The position numbers and the translations under genes were made by a program. This document shows, piece by piece, positions 12,207 through 21,555 of a stretch of DNA of 64,000 nucleotides (position 1 is its first letter; each line of letters opens with the position of its first letter). The notes beneath the pieces were generated by a model. The model did not search any database. It saw only the letters and a program-made list of their open reading frames with translations, and was not told where the DNA came from. Source of the DNA: Prochlorococcus sp. AG-347-J20 (GTDB lineage: Bacteria; Cyanobacteriota; Cyanobacteriia; PCC-6307; Cyanobiaceae); NCBI GenBank assembly GCA_003281485.1, contig QCBW01000008.1, positions 2,925 through 66,924 of the forward strand. The letters run 5' to 3'.

Positions 12207-13519
12207 AAATAAAAAAAATAATTCTAGAAAAATGGATAGATCCAGTACTGATTACGCATCATCTAACAAAAAAATTTGGAGATAAAGGATTAGCTTGGCT
12301 AGACAGTGATGGCAAAGAAAATGGTGAATGGTCAATAATTGGAATTAAACCTAAAAAAATCATCCAGTCAAGAGATATCAATAACTTAGACAAAACTAAT
12401 AATCCATTTAACAATTTAAAAAATATTGAAAAAGGATTTTGGATCGGATGGTTAAGTTATGAAGCTGGAGTATACATAGAACCAAAAAACCCATGGCGAA
12501 AATCTAATATGGCAACTTTATGGATTGCATCATATGATCCAATCATTAAATGTAATCTAATAAAAAAAGAAATAATTATCGAAGGCACAAACTCATCCGA
12601 AGTGATGAATTATAAAAACATAATCAGAAATATAAAGAATATTGAAGAAGAAAATATTATTAAAACAAATTTGAATTTTGATTTTTCAAAAATAAATTTG
12701 GACGCAATGACTGAAAAATTTCAGCAAAATACTCTAGAACTGAAAAAATTAATTTCCATAGGGGATATATTTCAAGCAAACTTAACAACTAAATGCGAAA
12801 TTGAATCTTCCAAAAACTATAATCCTTTAGATATTTATTTAAAAATAAGAAGAAAATTAAGAGCCCCCTTTGGAGGAATAATAATAAATAATGATAATAA
12901 TAAAGAAGCTGTATTATCTACCTCACCAGAAAGATTTATAAAAATAGATAATAAAAATTTTGTAGAATCAAGACCTATCAAAGGAACTAGATCCAGAGAT
13001 AAAGATTTGAATCAAGACGCACTTAATGCTATCGATTTAATAACGAACGAAAAAGATAGAGCAGAAAATATTATGATTGTTGACCTAATAAGAAATGATT
13101 TAAGTAAAGTTTGCGAAACAGGAAGTATTATGGTGCCAGAAATATTAAAACTTGAAAGTTTCTTAAAAGTTCATCATCTAACTTCAGTAATCAAAGGCAA
13201 ATTAAAAAAAGACAAGGACTGGATTGATCTACTAAAAGCTTGTTGGCCCGGGGGCTCTATAACTGGAGCACCTAAATTGAGATCATGCCAGAGACTTTTC
13301 GAATTAGAAGAATGTGAACGCGGACCATACTGCGGCTCATTTTTGAAGCTTGACTGGAATGGAGAGTTTGACAGCAATATACTAATAAGATCATTTTTAA
13401 TAAAGGACAAAAAAATCAATATATATGCTGGTTGTGGAATAGTTATTGACTCAAACCCTGAAGAGGAAACTAATGAACTAAAGTGGAAACTTTTACCGTT
13501 AATTGATTCACTAAAATGA
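12203..13519 (+). CDS. pabB: aminodeoxychorismate synthase component I (chorismate-binding enzyme)
   Basis: SPERF, PIKGT (Lys typical of ADC synthase; TrpE has PIAGT), KDRAENIMIVDLIRND, PGGSITGAPK. Confidence 0.8.
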   Translation: MKIKKIILEKWIDPVLITHHLTKKFGDKGLAWLDSDGKENGEWSIIGIKPKKIIQSRDINNLDKTNNPFNNLKNIEKGFWIGWLSYEAGVYIEPKNPWRKSNMATLWIASYDPIIKCNLIKKEIIIEGTNSSEVMNYKNIIRNIKNIEEENIIKTNLNFDFSKINLDAMTEKFQQNTLELKKLISIGDIFQANLTTKCEIESSKNYNPLDIYLKIRRKLRAPFGGIIINNDNNKEAVLSTSPERFIKIDNKNFVESRPIKGTRSRDKDLNQDALNAIDLITNEKDRAENIMIVDLIRNDLSKVCETGSIMVPEILKLESFLKVHHLTSVIKGKLKKDKDWIDLLKACWPGGSITGAPKLRSCQRLFELEECERGPYCGSFLKLDWNGEFDSNILIRSFLIKDKKINIYAGCGIVIDSNPEEETNELKWKLLPLIDSLK

Positions 13520-14343
13520 TTGAAACATTAGGCTGGCACAAGGATCAATGGTTGGATATTGATAGAATATTTATTGCTGCTAATGATAGAGGATTAAAAT
13601 TTGCTGATGGTATATTTGAAACCATTTTGATAAAAGAAAACAAACCTATTCTTTTTGATGAACATCTGAAAAGATTAGAAAAAAGTAGCAAGATTTTAAA
13701 TATTAATCTGAAAATAAATAAATTAACTTTGAGACAACTAATTCACGATGGAATTAGAAAGTTATCACTTAAAAATGATCAATTTGCTTCAGTAAGAATA
13801 AACTGTAGTCGAGGAACTAATAAAGGTCGAACACTCGCAATTGATAGCACTTCAGAAACAAAAGATTTGGATAATTTATGGCTTGAGTTCTATATAATCA
13901 AACCAAATTTTAATCCAATAAGCGTTTGCATTAGTCAAACAGAAAAAATAAATGAATTCAGTCTTATAAGTAAATGCAAAACATTTTCATATAATCAGGC
14001 AATACAAGTTTTGACAGAAGCTCATGAAAAATCATTTGATGATTCTATCCTTTTGAATACATCAGGTGAACTTTGTTGTGGAAGTACATTTAATCTTCTA
14101 ATAAAAAGAAATAATCAATGGATAACTCCTAGAAAAGAGAGCGGCTGTTTAGAGGGAGTTATGGTTTCTAAAGCTTTAAAATTGAAAATTGTAAAAGAAG
14201 AATTAATTCCTCCAGAATTTCAAAATGATGACATAATAGTTGCAATTAATAGCTTATCTTGCAGACAAATTAATCAAGTTAATGATTTAAAGCTTAAACC
14301 TAAATTCGATCCAATTTACTTTTGGGACTTATTATATAGTTGA
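13516..14343 (+). CDS. pabC: class IV aminotransferase / probable aminodeoxychorismate lyase
   Basis: DRGL.FADGIFET, HL.RL, the PLP lysine region KT.SY, and GCLEG. Coupled to pabB by an ATGA overlap. Confidence 0.7.
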   Translation: MIETLGWHKDQWLDIDRIFIAANDRGLKFADGIFETILIKENKPILFDEHLKRLEKSSKILNINLKINKLTLRQLIHDGIRKLSLKNDQFASVRINCSRGTNKGRTLAIDSTSETKDLDNLWLEFYIIKPNFNPISVCISQTEKINEFSLISKCKTFSYNQAIQVLTEAHEKSFDDSILLNTSGELCCGSTFNLLIKRNNQWITPRKESGCLEGVMVSKALKLKIVKEELIPPEFQNDDIIVAINSLSCRQINQVNDLKLKPKFDPIYFWDLLYS

Positions 14344-15131
14344 ACTTTATTAATATCTGGTAAATAGACATCAGATACTTTAGTTATATTGTTATTAACC
14401 TTAAATTCAACAATTTTTCCAATAATGATTATTGATGGAGCTGAAAATTCTTTATCCTTAATTTTATCTGGAAGATTATCTAATTTCTCTATCAAACATT
14501 TTTGATTTTTTAAAGTAGCTTCTTGAATAACAGCGCATTTAGTATTCTTATCTAAACCACCTAGAATTAATTCTTCAACAATAAATTCAATATTTTTTAT
14601 ACCCATAAAAATTACTAAGCTATCTGATGATTTAGCTAAATCTCTCCAATTCACTGTCCTTTTTTCCTTATCTACACGCTCATGTCCAGTGACGAAAGTT
14701 ACGGAACTCGCAGCATCTCTATGAGTTAGTGGAATACCAAAATATGTGGGGGCAGCTATCCCAGAAGTAATACCAGGAACGATTTCTACTGAAATTCCAT
14801 TTTTTTCTAAAATGGAGACCTCTTCACCACCTCTTGAAAAAACGAATGGATCTCCTCCTTTAAGCCTTACAACGTTTTTGCCTTCTCTTGCTAATTTCAA
14901 AATAAGAGCATTAGTTTCAGCCTGTGGTACAGAACACTTTCCAGCTCTTTTACCTACATGGTAAATTTCTGTGTTTTTTCCTGCCTCTTTGGTTATTTCA
15001 TCTGGAATTAAAGCATCATGAACTAATGCATCACAATTTTTTATTAGACGTAAAGCTTTAAGAGTTAAAAGCTCAGGGTCACCAGGACCTGCTCCAACTA
15101 AATAAACAATACCAGGCACATTAATCTCCAT
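14316..15131 (-). CDS. cobA: uroporphyrinogen-III C-methyltransferase
   Basis: LVGAGPGDPELLT, RLKGGDPFVFSRGGEE, VPGITS, PLTHR. ATG at 15131. Confidence 0.93.
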   Translation of the reverse strand: MEINVPGIVYLVGAGPGDPELLTLKALRLIKNCDALVHDALIPDEITKEAGKNTEIYHVGKRAGKCSVPQAETNALILKLAREGKNVVRLKGGDPFVFSRGGEEVSILEKNGISVEIVPGITSGIAAPTYFGIPLTHRDAASSVTFVTGHERVDKEKRTVNWRDLAKSSDSLVIFMGIKNIEFIVEELILGGLDKNTKCAVIQEATLKNQKCLIEKLDNLPDKIKDKEFSAPSIIIIGKIVEFKVNNNITKVSDVYLPDINKVQLYNKSQK

Positions 15132-15161
15132 TAACAAGTATGGTAGTAGAAGACAGTTGCA

Positions 15162-16445
15162 ATGAAGGTAAATATTTTGAAAAAAAGTTTATTGAAATCA
15201 AACAAAAAATTTACTCTCCTTAGTGCTTTTGTCACCCTTCTAAATGATCGATTAAGTGAGAGTATACTCTTGCCCATTTTACCCTCTTTTGTTTTACTTT
15301 TTGACTCTAAAGCTAGTACATATGGCTTATTGTCATGCACTTACCAACTAGCGCAATTTACAGCTTCCCCTTTTATTGGACTTATGAGTGATAGATACGG
15401 CAGAAGACCTGTCACCCTTTTTTGTATAACAGGCTCAATAATTGGAATATCAATATTATCGTTTACTGTTCTTTTTAATTGGTCAAATTCAATAGCTACT
15501 ATCCCATTATTTTTATTATTCTTAGCAAGACTAATTGACGGCTTAAGTGGAGGAACTGCAGCCACTGCAACAACTATTCTTGCAGATATTTCAAGCCCTG
15601 AAAAAAGAGCAAAAACCTTTGGACTAATTGGTGTAGCCTTTGGTTTAAGTTTCTTCTTAGGTAATATTTTTGTTGTAATTTTTGCAAAAAATACAAATAA
15701 TAATTTTATTATTCCAGTTTTAATAGCCTCAATAATCCCAATAATAAATTTCCTTCTGGTATTTTTTTACTTACCAGAAACGAAACCTAATAGCTACTCA
15801 AATATATCAAAAAATATTTTAAAAAACCCTTTAAAAGAGCTATTTACAGTTTTTAAAGAAGAAAAGATTAAAAAATTATCATTAGCTTTTTTTATTTACT
15901 TTATAGCTTTTACTGGATTAACCAATATCTTAATATTTTTTCTGCAAGAATCTTTAAACTGGACGACCAAAGCATCAAGTGGAACTCTTGTTGTAGTAGG
16001 AGTCATTGCAATTGTCGTTCAGGGAGGCCTAATTGGGCCTCTGGTAAAGCAGTTTGGCGAAATGCGATTAACACTTTTCGGATCAGGCTTTATTCTCGTG
16101 GCATGTGCACTTTTAATAACTGTGCCAAAAGACAATGCGACAATAAATATTTATTCAGCTGTTTCATTTTTGGCCGTTGGAGCGGGATTAATTACGCCTA
16201 CCTTAAGAGCATTAATATCAAAAAAATTAAACGTTGATAAACAAGGATCAATTCTTAGTAATCTTCAAGGTCTACAAAGTCTTGGAGGAGTTTTAGGAAT
16301 TGCAATGGCCGGGAAGGTTTATGATAGCTTTGGTCCAAAAGCACCTTTCATAGCTGGTTCCGTTATCTTACTTTTCATGATATACCTTATTGCAGAGGGT
16401 AAAAATAATAATTCTTTTAACAATCAAAAACCAAATGTAATTTAA
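15162..16445 (+). CDS. MFS transporter (TetA/DHA1-like)
   Basis: MFS motif A GLMSDRYGRRPV, about 12 hydrophobic segments, LPET after the sixth. Confidence 0.88.
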   Translation: MKVNILKKSLLKSNKKFTLLSAFVTLLNDRLSESILLPILPSFVLLFDSKASTYGLLSCTYQLAQFTASPFIGLMSDRYGRRPVTLFCITGSIIGISILSFTVLFNWSNSIATIPLFLLFLARLIDGLSGGTAATATTILADISSPEKRAKTFGLIGVAFGLSFFLGNIFVVIFAKNTNNNFIIPVLIASIIPIINFLLVFFYLPETKPNSYSNISKNILKNPLKELFTVFKEEKIKKLSLAFFIYFIAFTGLTNILIFFLQESLNWTTKASSGTLVVVGVIAIVVQGGLIGPLVKQFGEMRLTLFGSGFILVACALLITVPKDNATINIYSAVSFLAVGAGLITPTLRALISKKLNVDKQGSILSNLQGLQSLGGVLGIAMAGKVYDSFGPKAPFIAGSVILLFMIYLIAEGKNNNSFNNQKPNVI

Positions 16446-18523
16446 TGAAAAGCCAAGCTGATGTTTTTATTAATAGAGAATTAAGTTGGATTGAATTCAA
16501 TAAAAGAGTACTCCTAACCGGTATGGAAAAAGAGTACAAAATCCTAGATAAAGTAAAATTTTTTTCAATTTTTAGCAATAATCTTGATGAATTTTTTATG
16601 GTAAGGGTAGCTTCGTTAAAGGCTCAAGTTGAAGCAGGAATCACTAAAAAAAGTATTGACGGACTTACCCCTAAAGAGCAATTAACAAATATCAACAAAG
16701 AAGTAAAAAAATTAACTACTCTTCAAGAAAGTTATGTAAATAATGAATTAAATAACGAATTAAATAAACAGGGTGTTATTTTAAAAAAATATAAGAATCT
16801 AAGTGAAAATCAAAGAAATTGGTGTAATAACTTCTTTAATTCATCTATTTTCCCTTTATTAACTCCATTAGTTGTTGATCCAGCACATCCATTCCCTTTT
16901 ATAAGTAATTTAAGTCTAAACTTAGCAGCTTTAATAAAGGATGGGGAAGATTCTAAAGATCAGTTTGTCAGAGTAAAAATACCCACAAAAAATATAAATC
17001 GATTTATACAAATTCCCAATGAAATTATGCAAAATAATGACTTAAGTTCTCACTTTTTTATAAGTGTTGAAGATGTAATTGGGAATAATATAAATACTCT
17101 ATTTAACGAAATGGAATGTATAAATTACTCTTTTTTTAGAGTGACAAGAGATGCAGATTTGGAGCTAAAAGAACTTGAAGCTGATGATCTTCTTTTAGCA
17201 GTTGAACAGAGTTTGCAAAAAAGAAGATTAGGTGGAGACGTGGTTAGATTAGAAGTTGATTCAGATATGCCAGAAAACATCCTAAAATTACTTAAAGAAA
17301 GTATCTCAATACAAGAAGAATACATATACTATTGCCAAAGTTTATTAGGACTAGACGATTTAAATCAGCTGACAAAAATTAACAGAGATGATTTAAAAGA
17401 AAATTTACTAATTGGGAAAACTCATCCACATCTAAAACATTTAGATTTGCCATCAAGCAATAACCTCAATTCTATTTTCAAGATACTTAGAAAAAAAAAT
17501 ATTCTGCTTCATCATCCGTACGACTTATTCAAAACTTCAGTAGAGGAATTTATAAACAGAGCAGCTGATGATCCACTTGTCATGGCAATTAAGATTACTT
17601 TATATCGAGTTTCCAAGGATTCTCCTATCATTGCTGCTTTAATGAGAGCTGCAGAAAATGGGAAAGAAGTAATGACTCTTGTTGAACTAAAAGCAAGATT
17701 TGATGAAGACAATAATATTCAATGGGCAAAACAACTTGAACAAGCTGGAATACATGTTGTGTATGGAATCATAGGATTTAAAACACATACAAAAATAGCT
17801 TTAGTAGTTAGAAAAGAAAAAGGACGATTAAGAAATTATTTTCATATTGGAACAGGAAATTATAATTCCAATACTTCAAGGTTTTATACAGATTTAGGAT
17901 TACTATCAACAGATCCTGATATTGCATCAGATTTACTCGAGTTATTTAATTACTTATCAGGTTTTTCTAAGCAAAAACCTTTTCAAAAATTGTTAGTTTC
18001 TCCTTCATCGATGAGAGATAAATTTATATTGCTCATCAAGAGAGAAATTAAAAATGCAAATGAAGGTAAAAAAGCTGAGATAATTGCAAAAATGAATTCT
18101 CTAGTTGACCCAGAAATAATCAAACTTCTTTATTTAGCTTCTGAAGCAGGTGTAAAAATAAGACTAATCATAAGAGGTATTTGCTGCTTATATCCACAAA
18201 GAAAAAATTTAAGTGAGAATATTAAAGTCATAAGTATTATTGGACATTTCCTTGAACACTCAAGAATTTTTTGGTTTTACAATAATAATAATCCTGAAGT
18301 TTTTATTGGGAGTGCAGATTGGATGAGAAGAAACCTTGATAGAAGAATAGAGGCTGTTACTCCAATAGAAGATTCTGAATTAAAATCTCAAATAAAATTA
18401 CTTTTGGAGACATATATTAAAGATGATTACTTTTCTTGGATAATGAAAGAGGATGGTTCTTACACAAAACACGCATTAGATTCAGCGGTCAATCGGTCAC
18501 AAATTGATCTCATAGAAAAATAA
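16445..18523 (+). CDS. ppk1: polyphosphate kinase 1
   Basis: NRELSW..FN.RVL, NLDEFFMVRVA, HPFPFI, HHPY, ELKARFDE, KTHTK, GTGNYN, SADWM.RNL.RR. Confidence 0.96.
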   Translation: MKSQADVFINRELSWIEFNKRVLLTGMEKEYKILDKVKFFSIFSNNLDEFFMVRVASLKAQVEAGITKKSIDGLTPKEQLTNINKEVKKLTTLQESYVNNELNNELNKQGVILKKYKNLSENQRNWCNNFFNSSIFPLLTPLVVDPAHPFPFISNLSLNLAALIKDGEDSKDQFVRVKIPTKNINRFIQIPNEIMQNNDLSSHFFISVEDVIGNNINTLFNEMECINYSFFRVTRDADLELKELEADDLLLAVEQSLQKRRLGGDVVRLEVDSDMPENILKLLKESISIQEEYIYYCQSLLGLDDLNQLTKINRDDLKENLLIGKTHPHLKHLDLPSSNNLNSIFKILRKKNILLHHPYDLFKTSVEEFINRAADDPLVMAIKITLYRVSKDSPIIAALMRAAENGKEVMTLVELKARFDEDNNIQWAKQLEQAGIHVVYGIIGFKTHTKIALVVRKEKGRLRNYFHIGTGNYNSNTSRFYTDLGLLSTDPDIASDLLELFNYLSGFSKQKPFQKLLVSPSSMRDKFILLIKREIKNANEGKKAEIIAKMNSLVDPEIIKLLYLASEAGVKIRLIIRGICCLYPQRKNLSENIKVISIIGHFLEHSRIFWFYNNNNPEVFIGSADWMRRNLDRRIEAVTPIEDSELKSQIKLLLETYIKDDYFSWIMKEDGSYTKHALDSAVNRSQIDLIEK

Positions 18524-18717
18524 AAAAAATTTTAAAATATTAAGAATTTTATTAAATGTTATAAAAATCAATATTTTTTTTATTTTTCTAAAACCCTTTC
18601 ATTTCAAACGATCTCAAGAAATTAGGTTAAAAAAATCTTTTTTTGTCTTTAAAGTTTCAACGTAAATATAGTTTTTATTTCAATTTCAGTGCTAGCTTTT
18701 TAAAAAATCCATTATTT

Positions 18718-18723
18718 AGGAGG
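18718..18723 (+). promoter_or_regulatory. Shine-Dalgarno sequence of the sigma factor gene
   Basis: AGGAGG 5 nt upstream of the GTG at 18729, at the end of a 200-bp AT-rich intergenic region. Confidence 0.65.
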
Positions 18724-18728
18724 CCAGG

Positions 18729-19751
18729 GTGATGGGGATCCCTCTGGAATCTGCAAAGAGCTCTTCAGATAGTAATTTTGATGAGCCAAGATTACCAAAC
18801 ACTGCGGGCAAATCTCGCAAAACAAAATCCAGTTTAACTTCAAAACAAAGCCAAAAAAAATCTGGCAGACTTGCTTCAGATTCTATAGGCTATTACTTAA
18901 GTAGCATTGGTAGAGTTCCTCTTTTGACTCCAGCAGAGGAAATAGAGTTAGCTCATCATGTTCAAAACATGAAAAAATTGCTAGAAATTCCTGCAGGTGA
19001 TAGAACTAACAGGAATCTTCATCAAATTAAAATTGGCAAAAGAGCTAGAGATAGAATGATGGCAGCTAATCTTAGGCTTGTTGTATCTGTAGCAAAAAAA
19101 TATCAAAACCAAGGTCTTGAATTATTAGATCTTGTGCAAGAAGGGGCCATAGGCTTAGAGAGAGCTGTTGATAAGTTTGATCCTGCTATGGGTTATAAAT
19201 TCTCAACTTATGCTTATTGGTGGATAAGGCAAGGGATGACAAGGGCAATTGATAATAGTGCAAGAACAATCCGTTTACCTATTCACATAAGTGAAAAACT
19301 ATCCAAAATGAGGAAAGTTTCTAGAGAATTATCACATAAATTTGGTAGACAACCTACGAGATTAGAAATGGCCACTGAGATGGGTATTGATCAAAAAGAT
19401 TTAGAAGATTTAATTTCTCAAAGTGCTCCGTGCGCCTCTCTTGATGCTCATGCTAGAGGCGAAGAAGATCGAAGCACTCTTGGGGAACTAATACCCGATC
19501 CAAACTGTGAAGAGCCTATGGAGGGAATGGATAGAACTATTCAAAAAGAACATTTAGGAACTTGGCTTTCTCAATTAAATGAAAGAGAACAAAAAATAAT
19601 GAGACTTAGGTTTGGCTTAGATGGTGAGGAACCATTAACATTAGCAGAAATAGGGAGACAAATTAATGTTTCACGAGAAAGAGTAAGGCAGTTAGAAGCT
19701 AAAGCAATATTGAAACTTAGAGTAATGACAACTCATCAAAAAGCAGCTTAG
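18729..19751 (+). CDS. RpoD/SigA-family (group 2) RNA polymerase sigma factor
   Basis: ANLRLVVSVAKKY, DLVQEG.IGL.RAVDKFD, KFSTYAYWWIRQ, RTIRLPIH, region 4 HTH SRERVRQLE. No region 1.1. Confidence 0.93.
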   Translation: MMGIPLESAKSSSDSNFDEPRLPNTAGKSRKTKSSLTSKQSQKKSGRLASDSIGYYLSSIGRVPLLTPAEEIELAHHVQNMKKLLEIPAGDRTNRNLHQIKIGKRARDRMMAANLRLVVSVAKKYQNQGLELLDLVQEGAIGLERAVDKFDPAMGYKFSTYAYWWIRQGMTRAIDNSARTIRLPIHISEKLSKMRKVSRELSHKFGRQPTRLEMATEMGIDQKDLEDLISQSAPCASLDAHARGEEDRSTLGELIPDPNCEEPMEGMDRTIQKEHLGTWLSQLNEREQKIMRLRFGLDGEEPLTLAEIGRQINVSRERVRQLEAKAILKLRVMTTHQKAA

Positions 19752-19756
19752 TCAAA

Positions 19757-20398
19757 TTGGTAAAATATTTTTTAATTTTATTATATTTATCTTCAGTTTT
19801 TTTTATATCGATAATTCTTAAAAAATTTAATAGAATTAGCAAAGAACTTCCCAGAAAAATAATACATATTGGAATAGGACCTTTAATACCAATCGCACAA
19901 TTTTTAGAAATTAATAAAAATTCAGCTCTTGTTTTTACAGGAATTGTTTCATTGATGGTAATCATCAATTACGCCTATAAATTATTTCCATCTATTGAAG
20001 ATGTTGAAAGAAAAAGTTATGGCACCTTATTTTATTGTCTAAGTTTATTTATTTTAATTTTTCTTTTCTGGGATAAAGATCCATATGCATTAATTACTGG
20101 TTTTTTTATAATGTCTTTTGGTGATGGATTAGCTGGTTTAATCGGCAAAAGTTTCAACTCAAAGAGTTGGATTTTTTTTAAACAAAAAAAATCTTTTTTT
20201 GGTACCTCTACAATGCTTTTAATAAGCTTAATAGTAGTTTCTTCAGTAGGATATGCCCAACAAAATAGTTTGAATTTAAATTATTTTACGATAGCTTTTT
20301 TAGCCACTGTTCTAGAGCAATTTAGTGTTTTAGGGATAGATAACTTATTGGTACCAATAACATCATCATTATGTTTTAATTTTTTTGTAACTAATTAA
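19757..20398 (+). CDS. polyprenol/phytol/dolichol kinase-family membrane protein
   Basis: RKIIHIG.G, GDGLAGLIG, KKS..G, GIDNL.VP; hydrophobic throughout. Confidence 0.82.
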   Translation: MVKYFLILLYLSSVFFISIILKKFNRISKELPRKIIHIGIGPLIPIAQFLEINKNSALVFTGIVSLMVIINYAYKLFPSIEDVERKSYGTLFYCLSLFILIFLFWDKDPYALITGFFIMSFGDGLAGLIGKSFNSKSWIFFKQKKSFFGTSTMLLISLIVVSSVGYAQQNSLNLNYFTIAFLATVLEQFSVLGIDNLLVPITSSLCFNFFVTN

Positions 20399-21458
20399 CT
20401 GAGCTATACAAAATAGCAAGTAATTCTTTTGTGGTTTCTATATCTATACATGCATCTGTAATGCTTCTGCCAAAGTCAAGATCATTTTTCTTTAAAAGTT
20501 TTTGATTTCCTGCCTTCAAATGACTTTCAAGCATAACTCCTAAAATATTTTTTTCTCCATTTCTTATTTGTGAAGCTACATTTTGCAGGACTTCGGACTG
20601 TTTTCGGAAGTCTTTATTAGAATTTCCGTGACTACAATCAATCATCACTTTATGAGGAAGACTACATTGCTTTAATTCAGTTGAAATTCTTTGAACATGC
20701 TGATTTTCAAAATTTGGGCCTTTTGAACCTCCTCTTAGAACTATATGGCCATCAGGATTACCTGTAGTATTAACAATAGAAGCCATTCCATTAGAATTTA
20801 CACCCAAGAAATGATGTGACTTTGCAGCAGACTTCATTGCATTGATTGCAGTGGTAAAGGAACCATCCGTTCCATTTTTAAAACCTATAGGCATTGATAA
20901 ACCTGAGGCCATTTCCCTATGAGTTTGACTTTCAGTAGTCCTAGCCCCTATGGCGGTCCAACTTATCAAATCAGCAATATATTGGGGAACAATTGGATCT
21001 AATAACTCTGTAGCAGAAGGTATTCCACGCGTGGCAAGATATGAGAGCAAACTTCTTGCCCTTCTTAAACCAGTATTAATATCATAAGAATTATCCAAAT
21101 GAGGATCATTTATAAGCCCCTTCCAGCCAATAGTTGTTCTTGGTTTCTCAAAATAAACTCTCATGATTATTTCTAATTTATCTTTATAAATTTCTCGAAA
21201 GTTTTGAATGTATTTTGAATATTCCTTTGCTGCATCTAGATCATGAATTGAACATGGGCCAACAATTACTAAAAGCTTCTTATCATCATTATGCAAAATA
21301 TTTTGTATAGATCTTCTCGTTTTAGATACCGTATTAGCAGAGGTATAATCTAAAGGTATATCATTATGTAATCTGCTTGGAGGTATTAATGGACGTGTTT
21401 CAACAACATGTAAATCTGATGTCTTTTCTAAAGCTGAATTATTTGATGATGTCGTCAT
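20391..21458 (-). CDS. aroG: 3-deoxy-7-phosphoheptulonate (DAHP) synthase, class I-alpha
   Basis: GPCSIHD, RVYFEKPRTT.GWKGL, IGARTTESQ.HRE, DCSHGNS, SITDAC. Confidence 0.93.
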   Translation of the reverse strand: MTTSSNNSALEKTSDLHVVETRPLIPPSRLHNDIPLDYTSANTVSKTRRSIQNILHNDDKKLLVIVGPCSIHDLDAAKEYSKYIQNFREIYKDKLEIIMRVYFEKPRTTIGWKGLINDPHLDNSYDINTGLRRARSLLSYLATRGIPSATELLDPIVPQYIADLISWTAIGARTTESQTHREMASGLSMPIGFKNGTDGSFTTAINAMKSAAKSHHFLGVNSNGMASIVNTTGNPDGHIVLRGGSKGPNFENQHVQRISTELKQCSLPHKVMIDCSHGNSNKDFRKQSEVLQNVASQIRNGEKNILGVMLESHLKAGNQKLLKKNDLDFGRSITDACIDIETTKELLAILYSSVN

Positions 21459-21555
21459 TGATTAATTAAGAAGTTTGAATATTTAAAAAAGCATTTATGA
21501 ATACTCTCCTATTCAATATTAAAAATAACAATAGATTAAGCATTAAACCTTACTA

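Noticed and set aside
18686..18696. CIRCE element upstream of the sigma factor (CAGTGCTAG)
   Set aside because: Only an imperfect right half-site; there is no TTAGCACTC left arm 9 nt upstream.
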